From Trichosphaerium sp. ATCC 40318 (lineage: Eukaryota; Protista; Tubulinea), in the NCBI GenBank assembly GCA_038496445.1, contig JALMLS010000502.1, forward strand, positions 62,001-126,000: a stretch of 64,000 nt of DNA, in the 5' to 3' direction. Position 1 is the first letter of the stretch; each line of letters starts with the position of its first letter. Shown here one piece after another: positions 39,621 to 52,074 of the stretch. Below the pieces are notes generated by a model. That model had not been told where the DNA came from. It searched no databases and saw nothing but the letters and a program-made list of their open reading frames with translations. The position numbers and the translations under genes were made by a program.

Positions 39621-41075
39621 TTAGCGACTAGGCATGGCACTAAGGCGACGAGTACACACAAAAGGACATGTTTCATCTTCACAATCTACAACTTCAAAAA
39701 CAGAAGGATCTGCACGAGAACAGCAACTACAAAGTAAATCTAAATCAGAAAAACCAAGTTGAAACAAAAATTGTCTGTGGACCTGTCATTATCGGTGGCA
39801 CCAGTTATTCTCCCATTAGCTATACCCATGTTTTGAGTGAGGCTTTCAACAAGAATTCTATCATCTCCAGCTCCACCATCAACAGCATTCTGCCCTGTTA
39901 GTAATAGTTCTAAGTGAATATAAGTGAGTATACATTACATACAATCTAATGTTATTTCGTACGTATTGTTACTTCTGATACAATCAATACGTCATCACCT
40001 CTATTTCCGTTCATGGTTTGCATCAAAGAACAACTGGCATATATATGATCGTTCCCATTGTCCCCTTAGAAGATAAGATGAATGAAGTGTCAAAGTTGAT
40101 AGTATTGTAGAATACCGAAAATAGCGAGTACGTCACTAGATTGAACATCAATACAATCATTGTTACCACCTCCATTAACATTTCCTGCTAAACTTGGACC
40201 GGCAAATGGAGTCAATTTAATGCAATCATTCCCAGCTTCTCCATTTATGGAAGCCCTGATATTATCCCCAACTCTCCCTCCTTCAATTATAATGTCATCA
40301 TCGCCATTACCTCCTTGAATTCCGTCAGCTGTCGATTCAGTGACTCTTATACAATCATTGTCATCTCCTACACAAAGCATATAAATAATGTTACACTTTG
40401 TTTGCTTTTGTACCTAGATTTGTAGTTCCCTCGATGACAGCTCCATCATTGATAAGAATACAATCATTTCCACTTCTACTGTTGATTTGGGTTACGAACG
40501 TCGAAGGCCCTCTTATTAAAAAACAATCATTGCCAGTTGTTCCTTGTATCTCACCACGTACAAGTGAATCAACAATCACACAATTAGTACCGAGGTCGTC
40601 CATTATCACTAGTAACATGTTGGTTTGTAAGCTTGCGAATGAGAGATTCGTAAATTGAAAATACACTTGTGTTCTACGTACACCACGTGATAAAAAAAGA
40701 GAAAAACAATAAGATGAAATTGCACTAACAAAACAACCCAACACTTGGTTGACGGCTTTATTTATGCTATTGTAGTTGTAATCATATTTTCGCATTAAAT
40801 TAAAAGGAGAGAAACAAGTTCCAAAAAAATATTTGATAAAGAACTTACCATTGCCGTTGCCATCAGCGGTTGCTGTCACACAATTATTGCTTTCAAAATC
40901 GCACACACTACAAGCCATACATTCACAATCGCATTCACGAACTCGAGGTAAAGGTGGTTGAGCGTGGTACATGCTTAGAACTAACCTCAATTGTTAGGTT
41001 ATCATTATTTACTTTATAATCGGTCTATGTACAGGTTGTAATCCACAGAATACAAATCACGTGTATTGCCTTCAT
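39621..41075 (-). CDS. Secreted Cys-rich RTX-like repeat protein, copy K (lacks intron 4)
   Basis: Same family. Exons 4 and 5 are fused (ORF 40090-40380). Ends TCPFVCTRRLSAMPSR*. Confidence 0.88.
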
Positions 41076-41628
41076 GTTTTACTTCAGCTGTTGTTTTAAG
41101 GTTTAACAATATCAAAGAGTTGAGGATTTTGACTCTGAATCAATATCTCAGTTGTATACGTGTTACTAAACACTGTAGTGCTTTTTCGCTTGTAATACAT
41201 AATAGTTGTGACTTGTGCGTTTCTAGAGTAGTTATCCCAAAGACTTAAACACTTTACAAGAGATATCCACAGAGCTATGTAAGCATATGAATACTCTCTG
41301 GGCAATTTCAGAGAACTCGGATAATCATCGGACAAACTTTACGCTTAAGCATACGTGAGCTTAAACACCAACCGATGTCCGAAAAAAGATATAGGCTCTT
41401 GAGACGACGAAGTGGCATGTTTTATTTCTTCGAGTTCTTTTGGAGCCTTACTGCAGAAAACAGCGCGTTTTTTAAGTCAATCGTGGCTCTAATCAATTTC
41501 GCGAAAAGTAGTGCAAACCCTTAAGTATACTCGATGAATAAACTCCTCTATTCTTCTCGCTAACTTATAGTATTGGCCACAAACGTGTTAGCTTGCTGTG
41601 GATTCTAGTATACTATAGTACTTAACAT
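41076..41628. repeat. Upstream segment duplicate (copy K)
   Basis: Near-identical to 32475-33012 and 37985-38547. Confidence 0.9.
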
Positions 41629-42369
41629 AATAAAGAACGTAAAGCCATTTTAACTTGCGGGATACTAGGTTCTAGAAAGTCAGTAGTTTTCTTCAAACCA
41701 CCCGCTGGATTATTATAGTGGTTAGTAAACATAGCGCTCAAACAAATTATTCTAGCATTGTTTGGGTGTTTTCGTATTCTACAAGGAATGAGTCGCACTC
41801 TGGATATACATTGATCACCGAATAGAATAACCTGACTCATGGTAACAACCCAATGACTGCCAGTTTATTGGTAAAAAAGACAAAAAAGACGCGGTTTTAC
41901 CGTTTCTTCCACTCAGACTAGTACGCTACACTAATCGAATGATCACTCAAATCATCCACAATGAACGATACCAGATCTGACGGCACAGCGTGTGGTGCTT
42001 GCTACGACGTCTGACTTGGTACAAGGACGGTTTCTTTGACGGAGCTAGCTTGCCTTCCAAGCGTAGTCTCTTTCTAAGAGCCTTCCTTTTTGCGTATATA
42101 TTGGGATTTTTCTTGTGAGTCGCGGGCGCTGCAGTCTCCAAAGATTCTAAGAAGACTATCAGCTGGCTTAGAAGCACACCTGACGCTCTCTTCATTAAGT
42201 CATCAAATGACATTAAACCCTGATCAATTGCCTGGAGTAAGCGGTAGAGAAGACTTAATATCAGTTGTACACTGAAGAGGAAGAGATTGAAAGATTGCTC
42301 TAAGGAGAGTACTGGAACTATACCAAACATATACATAATACGTTTTTTATTGTCTATAAATGTTGCCAA
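41622..42369 (-). CDS. Hypothetical protein or gene fragment ending at the duplication boundary
   Basis: ORFs 41947-42369 and 41622-41840 with plausible short introns. No recognisable domain. Confidence 0.3.
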
Positions 42370-43232
42370 ATTTGTTTATAAACCCTTAAAAAAGCAATCG
42401 AAATAAATTGTGGGATACACTTCACTGAAATATCCATTTTAATTACTCTATTATGGATAATGCACATTTACAAACGCTTACAAACCCTTGTGGTTGTTAT
42501 TTTAGGGCGTGAGAACCGTTTTGGCGATGTTTTGGATCGCTCATGTGCTTCTAAACGAGTACTTGCATTTCCCGCTTCCTTTTTTTTGTATTAAATTCAA
42601 TTTTAGTTGCCACTGCTTTACACTACTATTAAGAACGTTTTATACTTTCCTGAACTTGGTTGCAAAGAACAGGGTGATCTGGACCAAGAAAAGTAGAAAA
42701 CGACGATACCAAATTGTGAAACGAACTGGTTTTTTCCTTTTTCAGGTTTTGAGCGTCGTTTCATGTTTTATACTAATGTGTAAAGAAATCTTGTTGTCCA
42801 TAATAAGTTGTAGAATGGTTCGATTAGGCCATTGTAAATGTAAGTATATGCATGACGCAGTGTGTCAGGGTGTTGGATTTGCAATAGAATTCAAATCGGA
42901 TCAGACGTTTTTTATTATCGTGCGTTACCTGACAATACGTTTAAACCCTTTTTAAAAATGTTAGGAAACGATAATATCCAAGCGATAAAATAACGGTTAG
43001 AAAGTAGCTGTAGGAATTGAGCCGGATTATCGACAACAGATTACCAACATTTTTTTGCTGTATTTGTTCTTCGCTAAGCATTCAGTACATTGTAGCAACC
43101 AACAAATATGTAATTCACTTGATGGCATCCATTTTATCAATGATGAGGCACGATAAGTTATGCAACATTCATAAACTGGTGCAGGTGAAGTTGTTGTTTT
43201 AAATTGTTTTTATTTTGTACTTGCTTTTAATT

Positions 43233-44646
43233 CTAAAAGTGATTGTAATGCTCCAGCAGCTTCTTTGATGAATCGGCATAGATCAGTTGCTTCTTGTAAA
43301 GGAACACCAGATTGGATACGAATTTGTGCCTAAAAGCGCACGTGTTAATAAATAGAGTACTCAAGAAAAAAATAAGAAAAAAAAGCCTTACCTCTTTGAT
43401 TTCATGTTCAAGCGTGTCGGCAACATCACTAACCCATGCGTACGGATCACGTGCAGTTTGATCTGTATCACGTGTCTTCTTATTACCAGAATTTAATTTC
43501 TGTCTTTTAGCGCTCTGAGTCAAATCATGAGTATAGTGTAAAACAATGGACTGTACCTGAACGTTATTGATGTATTGCTTTCGTTTTTGTTCAAAAAAAG
43601 AATCAAGTTCTTCTAGTTCTTCGTCTTCATCTTGTTCATCTTGTTCTTCTTGTTTTTCTTGTTCATGTTCTTCTTCCTGTACAATTTCAGGCTCAACTTG
43701 GTCTTGCTTTCCTTCATTCTTAGACCTTCGTTCTACTTCCTTACGTTCCATCTAAAAAAAAACAAGTTAAAAAAAACAATCAAGGTTAACTGTACCTCTA
43801 CCAACTCTTCAGGAGCATTGTGCTTATTAGCGAGGTGATACTTTTTTGGATCAAAATCTTCTGGACGCATTACCCAACTCTCACATACAACACAAAACAT
43901 CCTTCCACGTTTATCCTGCATAAGAGGAGCCTAAAGCGCTTGTAAAAAAACCAGAAAAATATGACAAAAAAAAAACAATCGATCGTTAGCTAACCTGCCC
44001 CCCAACGTACGCTACACTTATCAGGACACGACATTGACAACCTAGACATGTCAAATTAGTACGTTTGATTGTACATATTCTGTTACATACATTGTCCAGC
44101 CTTCCTCAAGCTTTGTAGCTAATTTGGCGCTTGTTTTATCTGTTTCTGTTTGTATTCTCGATTTAGGTGGCCGTTCTGCTTCTAAAGGAAGGGAATTGGT
44201 ATATTAACGTATTTTTAAACGTCTGGAAGGTAGTAAATACCTATTTGCGGTTCTGGTGGCGTATTATTTACAACTGGCTTTTCTGGTTCTTTTGGTTCTT
44301 CCTTTGGCTCTGTCTGTTCTTCGGCGATGCTTTGAGCTGCTAGAAGGCGCTCTTTCTCTTTTGCGGATAAATCTTCTTCTCGTACAAAGCTTGCTTTACA
44401 CGATACACATAGTATCTGTCCCTCGCTTGTTTTTCCAACAAGTGGAATCTGTTTGTGTCAGTGTAAATAGTAAAATACAATAAGCGCTCACGTTACACCT
44501 TGGACACGCATCTGCAAGTAACGTCCATCCTTTTAGCATGTATTTACCTACACTCATGTAAGTAGTAGCCAATAACAGCGTAAGGCAGTACCTAGTAATA
44601 CTGAGACTTCTAAGCCATCATCAGGATCTTCTGGTTGAAATTCCAT
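43233..44646 (-). CDS. ZNRD2/SSSCA1-like protein with two Auto_anti-p27 zinc-ribbon units and an acidic coiled region
   Basis: GKYMLKGWTLLADACPRC..IPLV...LCVSC and KLATKLEEGWTM...APLMQDKRGRMFCVVC each match the GWxML..C..C..PL...C..C pattern. Confidence 0.75.
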
Positions 44647-44739
44647 GTTGTAAGCGTGCGTTGAACAATAAACAAATGACTCCAAAAATTATGAGTTTTC
44701 TGCTTGTATTCAGCCAACTTTGTTAATTCATAAACAACT

Positions 44740-46426
44740 ATGTCGGCAAGACTCGTATGCTCAATAATTAGCGCAAAGCATCTTCCTGCTGGAGATTTAA
44801 ACGGTAGACTGCTACTGCTAAGTTTAAAACACTGAAGCTTATATTTTATAGGTTATTCCGATCCGTACGTTGAGATATACTTGAACGGCTTCCAAACCAA
44901 AACTCAAAAGAAAAAGAAGACTCTAAACCCTCAATGGCATCAAACGTTCACTCTAAACGTCACAGATCCAAATACTGGCGTTTTGTTCCTTCGCGTTAAA
45001 GATTGGTACGTTATTTGTTTATTTTACGTTACAAAACAGCTAGCTGAATTCCTATTTGCGTTACCTGTATTTTCGCGACTTACACATTTTAAAGGGATCG
45101 ATTTACAAAAGACGACTTGGTACGCCTCTTTCTAAGCTGTACTCGGCGTAAACGGACACTTCAAACCCTTAACAATAATTTTCCTAGCAGTTATTTTTAT
45201 TTTCTGTTTTTAACCGTATCCTTTAGCTCGGAGAGGCGCAAGTACCTATAAACACACTACCAATGAATAAAGAAAAAAACTTTTGGCTTCCATTACGTAA
45301 TTTAACGAATATTTCACTTTATTTTCATCTGACGCGTCTAAATAGGTGGAAAACGTGGTAGAAACGCTGGGCAGCTTAATATTTCACTTACAGCAAAGGG
45401 TTTTGGAAAGAGTAAGCGGCATCATACGTCATTTTTCGCAACTTTTTTTTTTCTTTTTGGTTTTGAACAACAAAAATGTATTTTTCTGACTTTGTACCTA
45501 GGACCAGCACCTCGTGTTGCCTATGGATCTAGTACAGTAACTCGTGTATATACAACACAGCCTTGTACGTATTTATTACTTGTTATAAAGTGAGATTGAC
45601 ATGTGTAAAAATAGCGGCTGTAGATTTAGCATCTTTAGCTAGATCACCAAGTTTTACTCCAACTTCTTTACCAAATGGATTTACGCCACCTCCGCGTCCT
45701 GCCCAACCCGCACGTGCTGCTACATATGCCGGACATCGTGTACACATTAAAGCCATCTCTGGATTGTATTAACTAGTTCTAGCCTGCACCTCAAGTACCG
45801 CCACCTGGAGGACCACAAGGAGTAAGTTGGTTTTTTTTGAAAAATGCGAAAAGCAGCAATTTATGCAAAAATTAAATATCTATAAAATCCATCGTAATCT
45901 TACTTTCGTGTAGATGATGCCACCAAGCCCATATGGTTCTCAACCGCCTTCAGGATATCCACCCCAGCCTACACCAAGTTATCAACAACCACCTGGTGGT
46001 TATCCTCCTCAACCAACTCCAAGTTATCAGCAACCACCTGGTGGATATCCACCTCAACCAACGCCGAGTTATCAACAACCACCTGGCGGTTATCCTCCTC
46101 AACCAACGCCAAGTTATCAGCAACCTCCTGGTGGATATCCTCCACAGCAAACACCTAGTTACCAACAACCACCTTCTGGTTATCCTCCTCAGCCTGCACA
46201 GAGTTACCAACCTCCTAATGGTAGTGGATATCCCCCACGCGCTGCAGCAAGCTATCAGCCTCCACGCGGATCAAATGGTTATCCACCTCAACCAACACCA
46301 AGCTATCAACAACCACCTAGTGGATATCCTCCGCAACAAACGCCAAGCTATCAACCCGCTCCTGGTTATCGGGGTCAGGCACCAGGACATGCTAGCAGTT
46401 ATACACAGTTTAAAGCTCCACGGTAG
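44740..46426 (+). CDS. C2-domain protein with Pro/Gln/Tyr/Gly-rich C-terminal repeats
   Basis: IISAKHLPAGDLNG|LSDPYVEI...KKKTLNPQWHQTF...VKDW|DRFTKDDL|LGEAQVPI is a C2 domain with its Ca-binding Asp residues. Last exon is ORF 45914-46426. Confidence 0.9.
45941..46360 (+). repeat. Coding tandem repeat, 45-bp unit (QPPGGYPPQPTPSYQ), about 9 units
   Basis: Directly visible in ORF 45914-46426. Confidence 0.9.
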
Positions 46427-46820
46427 TGCACACTGGCCTATCAGTTTAAGAGCTTGTAAATACACTTGTATTAAAACAAATAAAAAAACTAACGTACATA
46501 GAATGTCACAATGAACTAATATAGCAAAGAGCGCAAGCACCCACTACAGCAATATATTTGTGACACATCACCAGTCATTTTTATGAAACACGTGATTTTT
46601 TTTTCATACTCAACTATAGGAGAGGAAAATAACTGGGCTAAGTTGTTGACGCAGTGCAATTTTATGGTGAGTAGCAAAAGTGGACGCAATGACCGCCGTT
46701 TTCTGAAAACCCGTTATTAAGCTACATTTCGGGTTGTAAGGGAGCCTACATAGCTTAATCTCATTAATTTGGATTACGTTTCGGTGCTACCGTACTCGCT
46801 CTTGTAATACAGTACGTGAA

Positions 46821-49426
46821 ATGGAACCTTCCGACGATGGTAAGTATAGGTGTTAAGAAATTACGTTAAAGCGTTAATTTAACTTCAGGATTATCTTTGG
46901 ACGACTTTGAAAGCGTCTCAGAAGGTAGCGAAGGCCCTTCAACCAAAAGTAGTACAAATGCCCAAGATAGTAAAGCGCATAGAGCTACAGCGTTTTACAA
47001 GCGCGCTTTGAGCAATAAATCGCAAAAAGGAAGAAAGCCTAAAAAAACAGCATCAAGCGCATCAAACGCAACAAACACTAAGCTCAACGCCATAAATAAG
47101 CGCGAACAAGAGCTAAAAGCGCTTCAAAAGCAATTACAAATCAAAGAATCTAAAATATCCGAAAGAGACCGTGAAACGCAAGAAAACAATACTAGATCCC
47201 AGGTAATTTATTTTCCTAAACTGTTGTACCCGCCTGCACTGAATACTCAAACATTCAAGAAAAAACAACCAAAAAATAGTCAGTTTTCATCGAAACAAGA
47301 CAGTTTTAGATGTTGTCTCATTTTATTTCTTTTTAGATGGCTATAATGTTACAACGTGTAAAACATGAAGCACGTGTTAGAAAATTTGAAAATGAAGTAA
47401 GGGCTCTTGAAGATAAAGTACGAGAGCAACAACTTCAAAGACGCCGCTGTGAAGATAAAAGACGAGCATCTTTTTTAAAGACACTAAACAGGTAACACGT
47501 GATGCAACTTGAGGAATTTTTTAGAGTTCCGTACAACTATAGTACATAAATCACGTGATTTTAACCATTTCTTAAATTATTTGCACAAGGAAGTGCTGAC
47601 CGTTTTGATTTAGGTGGGAAGAAGAAATGTTGCCGCTTTTGAGGGAGCACGGTATTGATATGCCTGAATTTAATGAATTGTTGCAAGATGTTAAACCTGT
47701 GGAAAGCGCCCATGATACTGTTATTGTACAAAAGCAAGAAACTACTACGATAGATAGTGAGCACTCAGATGCTAATCCACAACCACTCACAAAGAGAGGT
47801 GAGATAGCAGATCAGTTTGTCTAATACTTACTTGTTTTGCAGAAAAAGCGCTTGGAAAGCAAGAAGAGGAAGATGAGGGTAGTGAACCTAAAGAAAGATT
47901 GATTATAGATTCTAAAGATGAGGGGAAAGATACAAAGATTGTAACAGTACAAATTGCACCTCCTGGTAAGCAAATTGGGTGATGTTTGGAAAACGATTGT
48001 AACGCCTTTGTTCAGAAGAAGACACGTTTCAATTTGTTGGTCCAGAGGCTGAACAGCCTAAAGCTACAGCTGTAACGAGTCAATGGGTCTTTTTAAAAGG
48101 TATTTAACCATCGTATCAATTGGTAAAGATGTTTACAGAATGTTGTCATAGATGACCCTGATAGTCCAAACGTAATGCCTAAATCAACTTTCTTTTCAAA
48201 GGCAAAAAGGTTTACAAACCGAATGTCAGCGAATATGTCAAATGAAGCAGGCGGTGTAATACCAGTAAAAAATGAACAATCTCAAGGTATGATGCATTCA
48301 CACAGGGATCAATTTCGGAAGATGAGATCTGAGAGTGTCAAAGAGCAATCAAATCAGCAAGCCAAACATATTGAGCGTATTTTGCCGACAATTGAGGTAC
48401 AGAAAACAACAATCTTCTCAATGATCTCATCATTTTGGTATAGCGAATGAGCAACGGTAAAACACCCTTGAATATAGGAAAGAGCTTGAGTAAAATAAAT
48501 CCAATAAAGAACGTGGCTTGGAGCTTAAAAGTACGACATTGTCAAAGTGCTTTTTAATTTCTTATTTTTTTCTTAAAGGATACTTGGAAGGCTTGTAATA
48601 ATTGTGGTGATATGTTTGATAGAATGGCTAGAAAACATGCTTGTGGTGTATGCGAGTTAACATTTTGTTCAAAGTGTAAGCCAAATTTAAAAGTAGAAGC
48701 AAACATGACTCTGCTGGGCTTATTTGAGTGCGGTACGATTCCAGAACTTTCCACTAAAATTGTTTGACAAACTTGTAGAGGAATCCATTATCATATTAGA
48801 CTGTTGCAATATATGTGAAAAAGCTCTAGCTGGGTTAAATTGGAGGCATCAAATGAAGGAACAAACACAAGAGTACGTCCAGCATATTTTTCCATGTTGT
48901 TAATAATTTTCTCTTTAAAATTACTGAACAGTTCCTTAAAACCTACCTACCCAAAAAGTATAAGGAGTCTTTCAGAAATAATACTACTGACTACTTTAAA
49001 GGCCTGTTACAGTTGTTTTTTTCATTTATGTTGGCTTCAAACGTTTGAATTTCGTTTTCTAATGATGTTTTCTTTTATAGTCCTCAATCTCAGCAACTTG
49101 AAGCTGTTTATGCTCAACGCACTCAGCTTTTAGAATCAGTTAGGGATATATTTGAGTCTGCAGAGGATATTGAAATGCCAGATGAAGTTGCTAGCAAGCT
49201 TGGTCATCATGTTTTAAAGCTTGACAAGATTCGAATGTACTGCAGAAAAACAGCTTTGGCATTTGTTAAATCAAGTGGAGAAGGAGTTGAAGCTACTCCA
49301 GAGGCTAGAAGGAATGGCTTATTATATGCCAATATTGCTAGATCTCTAAGCACACAACTTGCACAGATTAAGATAGAGATTGCACAGCGAGCAAAAGCAA
49401 AAAGAAAAAGAGCTGGAAGTCTTTAG
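46821..49426 (+). CDS. Multi-exon coiled-coil protein with a FYVE-like zinc finger
   Basis: TWKACNNCGDMFDRMARKHACGVCELTFCSKC (48580-48680) and a later YCCNIC. N-terminal coiled coil. Last exon is ORF 49175-49426. Confidence 0.65.
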
Positions 49427-49664
49427 TTCGTTTTGAAAAAAAATTGTAAAATAAAAATCAAAATTGTTCACAAAAAGCAAATGTACTTTACTCAGTTACA
49501 CTTATGCCTAATGTTGTTGTTTGCTGTTAAATATCTTTTTAAAGCAAGTGATTTGGTGATTATACAACAGTACAAGGCCCAGAGGCGATAGTAGTTCGTA
49601 GTGGTTGAGTTCCTTTGAACATTACTTATTGACTCGATGGATTGTGCTATTCATTGATGATGAT

Positions 49665-50570
49665 TTACAATCGTGAACGGTTTTTAAGTAATCGTGAACG
49701 GTTCTTAAGCTTAGTCATGGCTGTATACAACATTGTGTATGATATCTTGACAATAAAAACAAGAGCACTTGGTGGGTTTGTTATTTGTGAAAGAGGCCTT
49801 GTACCATCTTTGAGTATGAATGAATCCCACTGTTTTTCATTTAGAGCAATGGTTCTGGTAGTTTTTCTATGAGTGGTGGGATGTGTAGCTACTCCATAGA
49901 TGCACTTGTATCCTGCTTTTAGTGCTCCGTTTAACAACATCCCAGACTAATACAGATGAGTATGTGAAAGGAAAGGTAGAATCGATCTAATGGGTACCAT
50001 GTATGCCAAGTGCTGTTTTCTAGTGTAGCCTTCCTTCAGTCCACCTATTACTCCATACATGATGTTTCCATGTGTCAGTGGAATACCTTGACGTTTTAAA
50101 GAAGGTAGAGCTTCGTCTTCACATTGAGATATGAATGACTTCCATATTTGTATCTTGGGTGAAAGATCATCAGTGTAGATTGTGTCCTTGACTGTGTAGT
50201 CAAAACATAGATTAAAGCCAATAACTTGAGAATCAACAATAGTGATCACCTTTGATTATTTAGAATGATGAGTTTTTCATTGTAAACGTAAACAAAGTTT
50301 ATCATTGACTAAATGTTCACGTGAAGAAAAGCGTACTGATGGGTATTCTGCACATTGTTCTACTAAACGTGTAAAATAAGGTCTGATTTCATCTGTTGTA
50401 AGTTCTAGCGCTTGTACAATTGTGTTTGAGCCAAGAAATACTTCCACAGCAGTATCAATCGTCTGTTTGAAGTGCTCACGTGTTAGGTACTGTATTGATG
50501 TTTTTTTGCTTTGTCGGTGGAGAAGCCTATTACGCCTTTTATTATTATACCACTCCTTTATTTTATGCAT
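49665..50570 (-). CDS. GNAT-family acetyltransferase-like protein (AANAT-like pattern)
   Basis: VEVFLGSNTIVQAL, VIGFNLCFD, IGGLKEGYTRKQHLA (motif A) and ALKAGYKCIYGVATHP (motif B). Three exons. Confidence 0.55.
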
Positions 50571-51251
50571 AGTACCATTTTTGATTCTGAAGGAAGGTTT
50601 TATCGAGGTGAAGTCCGGTTTTAGTTGGATTTCGTAAGCATAATTGATTTAATGGTGCGGCTTTGGTCAATTAAATTCTGGTTGAACCTACTAAGCAGCA
50701 GTGTCAGATCGAACGACAACAGCCTTCAGACTATCCCATTTTGCACTGAAAAACCTTTGTACTTGATTTTCTTGTTATCTTTCCTAGTTGTAATGTAAAA
50801 CATAAGTTGCACAAAAAGTTTAAGATTAGCTTAGGCTTTGAGAAAGAGCTAATCCAACACAACATTCTACTTGTTTTCGAACTCATTACAGTATACTTGA
50901 CTGCAACAAAGTGCCAACTCAGACTGTATGTAACCCGTGGCACTAAAATCTGTGTCTCTCTTCCCATGAGAACTGTCTAGAGTGTGTATCACAAGCTCTA
51001 CAGTGGCATAACAATCACGCAGGATAGCTGAAACCTTCAACAAGGTTTAGGAATCACAATCTTATGCACAGTAAGTCGTACTCCATTTGTAGAACTTTTT
51101 AGACAAGGGATTGTAGTGAGCTCCAGTGTTTTTATTGGATGACATCTTAAGGCATCGTATTACAGGTTGACTTATACCAGTTCAGCGATAGCTTACATCC
51201 AGAGATTGTAGCACATATCTTACGTCAAACGACAAAAACACGATTTGCAGC

Positions 51252-52074
51252 ATGTCAAACCTGCCACCAGTTTGCATCTATCATTCACGATGTTGTTGGT
51301 TATGAAAGCGTTAAAATTACATCTCCAGAACAAGCAAAGGCGCTTTTAAAACACGCTAGTGCTCTACAACAAACAAAAATAAGGCTTAGCGGCAATTTTG
51401 ATAGTAGCAAAATCAAAGAGTTTGCTGGTGTTCAAACAATTGACCTTAGAGCTTGTAAAGGTGCTACAGATTGCTGGTGTTCATACCATAAAGCTTGGTA
51501 GATATGGAGGCTTTACAGGTGAATGTATTAAAGCTCTGGCAGGTGTTCATACAATTCATCTTGGTTGTATAAGTATTACTGATGAAGGTATCAAATCACT
51601 TTCAGGTGTTCATACTATCGACCTCGTTGATACGTCAGTGACAGATGAAGGTGTTAATCACTTGCTGGTGTTCATACTATTGATTTGTCAATCACTTCAG
51701 TAACAGATGAAGGTTTAAAATCTCTGGCAGGTGTTCATGCAGTTCATCTTGGCGGTTGTATAAGTATTACTGATGAAGGTGTCAAATCACTTGCTGGTGT
51801 TCATACTATCGACCTTAGTGATACGTCAGTGACAGATGAAGGTATCAAATCACTTGCTGGTGTTCATACTATTTTTCTTGAGGGTTGTAAATACATAACA
51901 GATGAAGGTATTAAATCATTGGCTGGTGTACATGAAATCAACCTTAGTTACACTTCAATCACAGATGAAGGTATTTCAGCACTTTCAGGTGTTCATACTA
52001 TACACTTAGAAAACATAAAAGTAACAGATGAGGGTGTTGCTGAATGGCTAGATAGGGCTAAGGTTTGCCGCTAA
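51252..52074 (+). pseudogene. Intronless leucine-rich repeat gene with frameshifts
   Basis: 21-23-aa repeats (LAGVHTIDLSDTSVTDEGIKS). Frame changes near 51290, 51470 and 51655. Confidence 0.75.

Noticed and set aside
11268-41075. Calling the array ice-binding proteins or RTX toxins
   Set aside because: The regular Thr/Asx array (GTGND) of the known ice-binding solenoid is not conserved, and there is no pore-forming domain. Only the Ca-binding repeat similarity is supported.
22421-44701. Shared 18-mer AAAAATTATGAGTTTTCT at ~22421 and ~44684
   Set aside because: AT-rich and only two occurrences, so chance cannot be excluded.
45933-46540. Alternative-frame and antisense ORFs over the PGGYPPQ repeat
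   Set aside because: Shadow ORFs produced by the coding tandem repeat.
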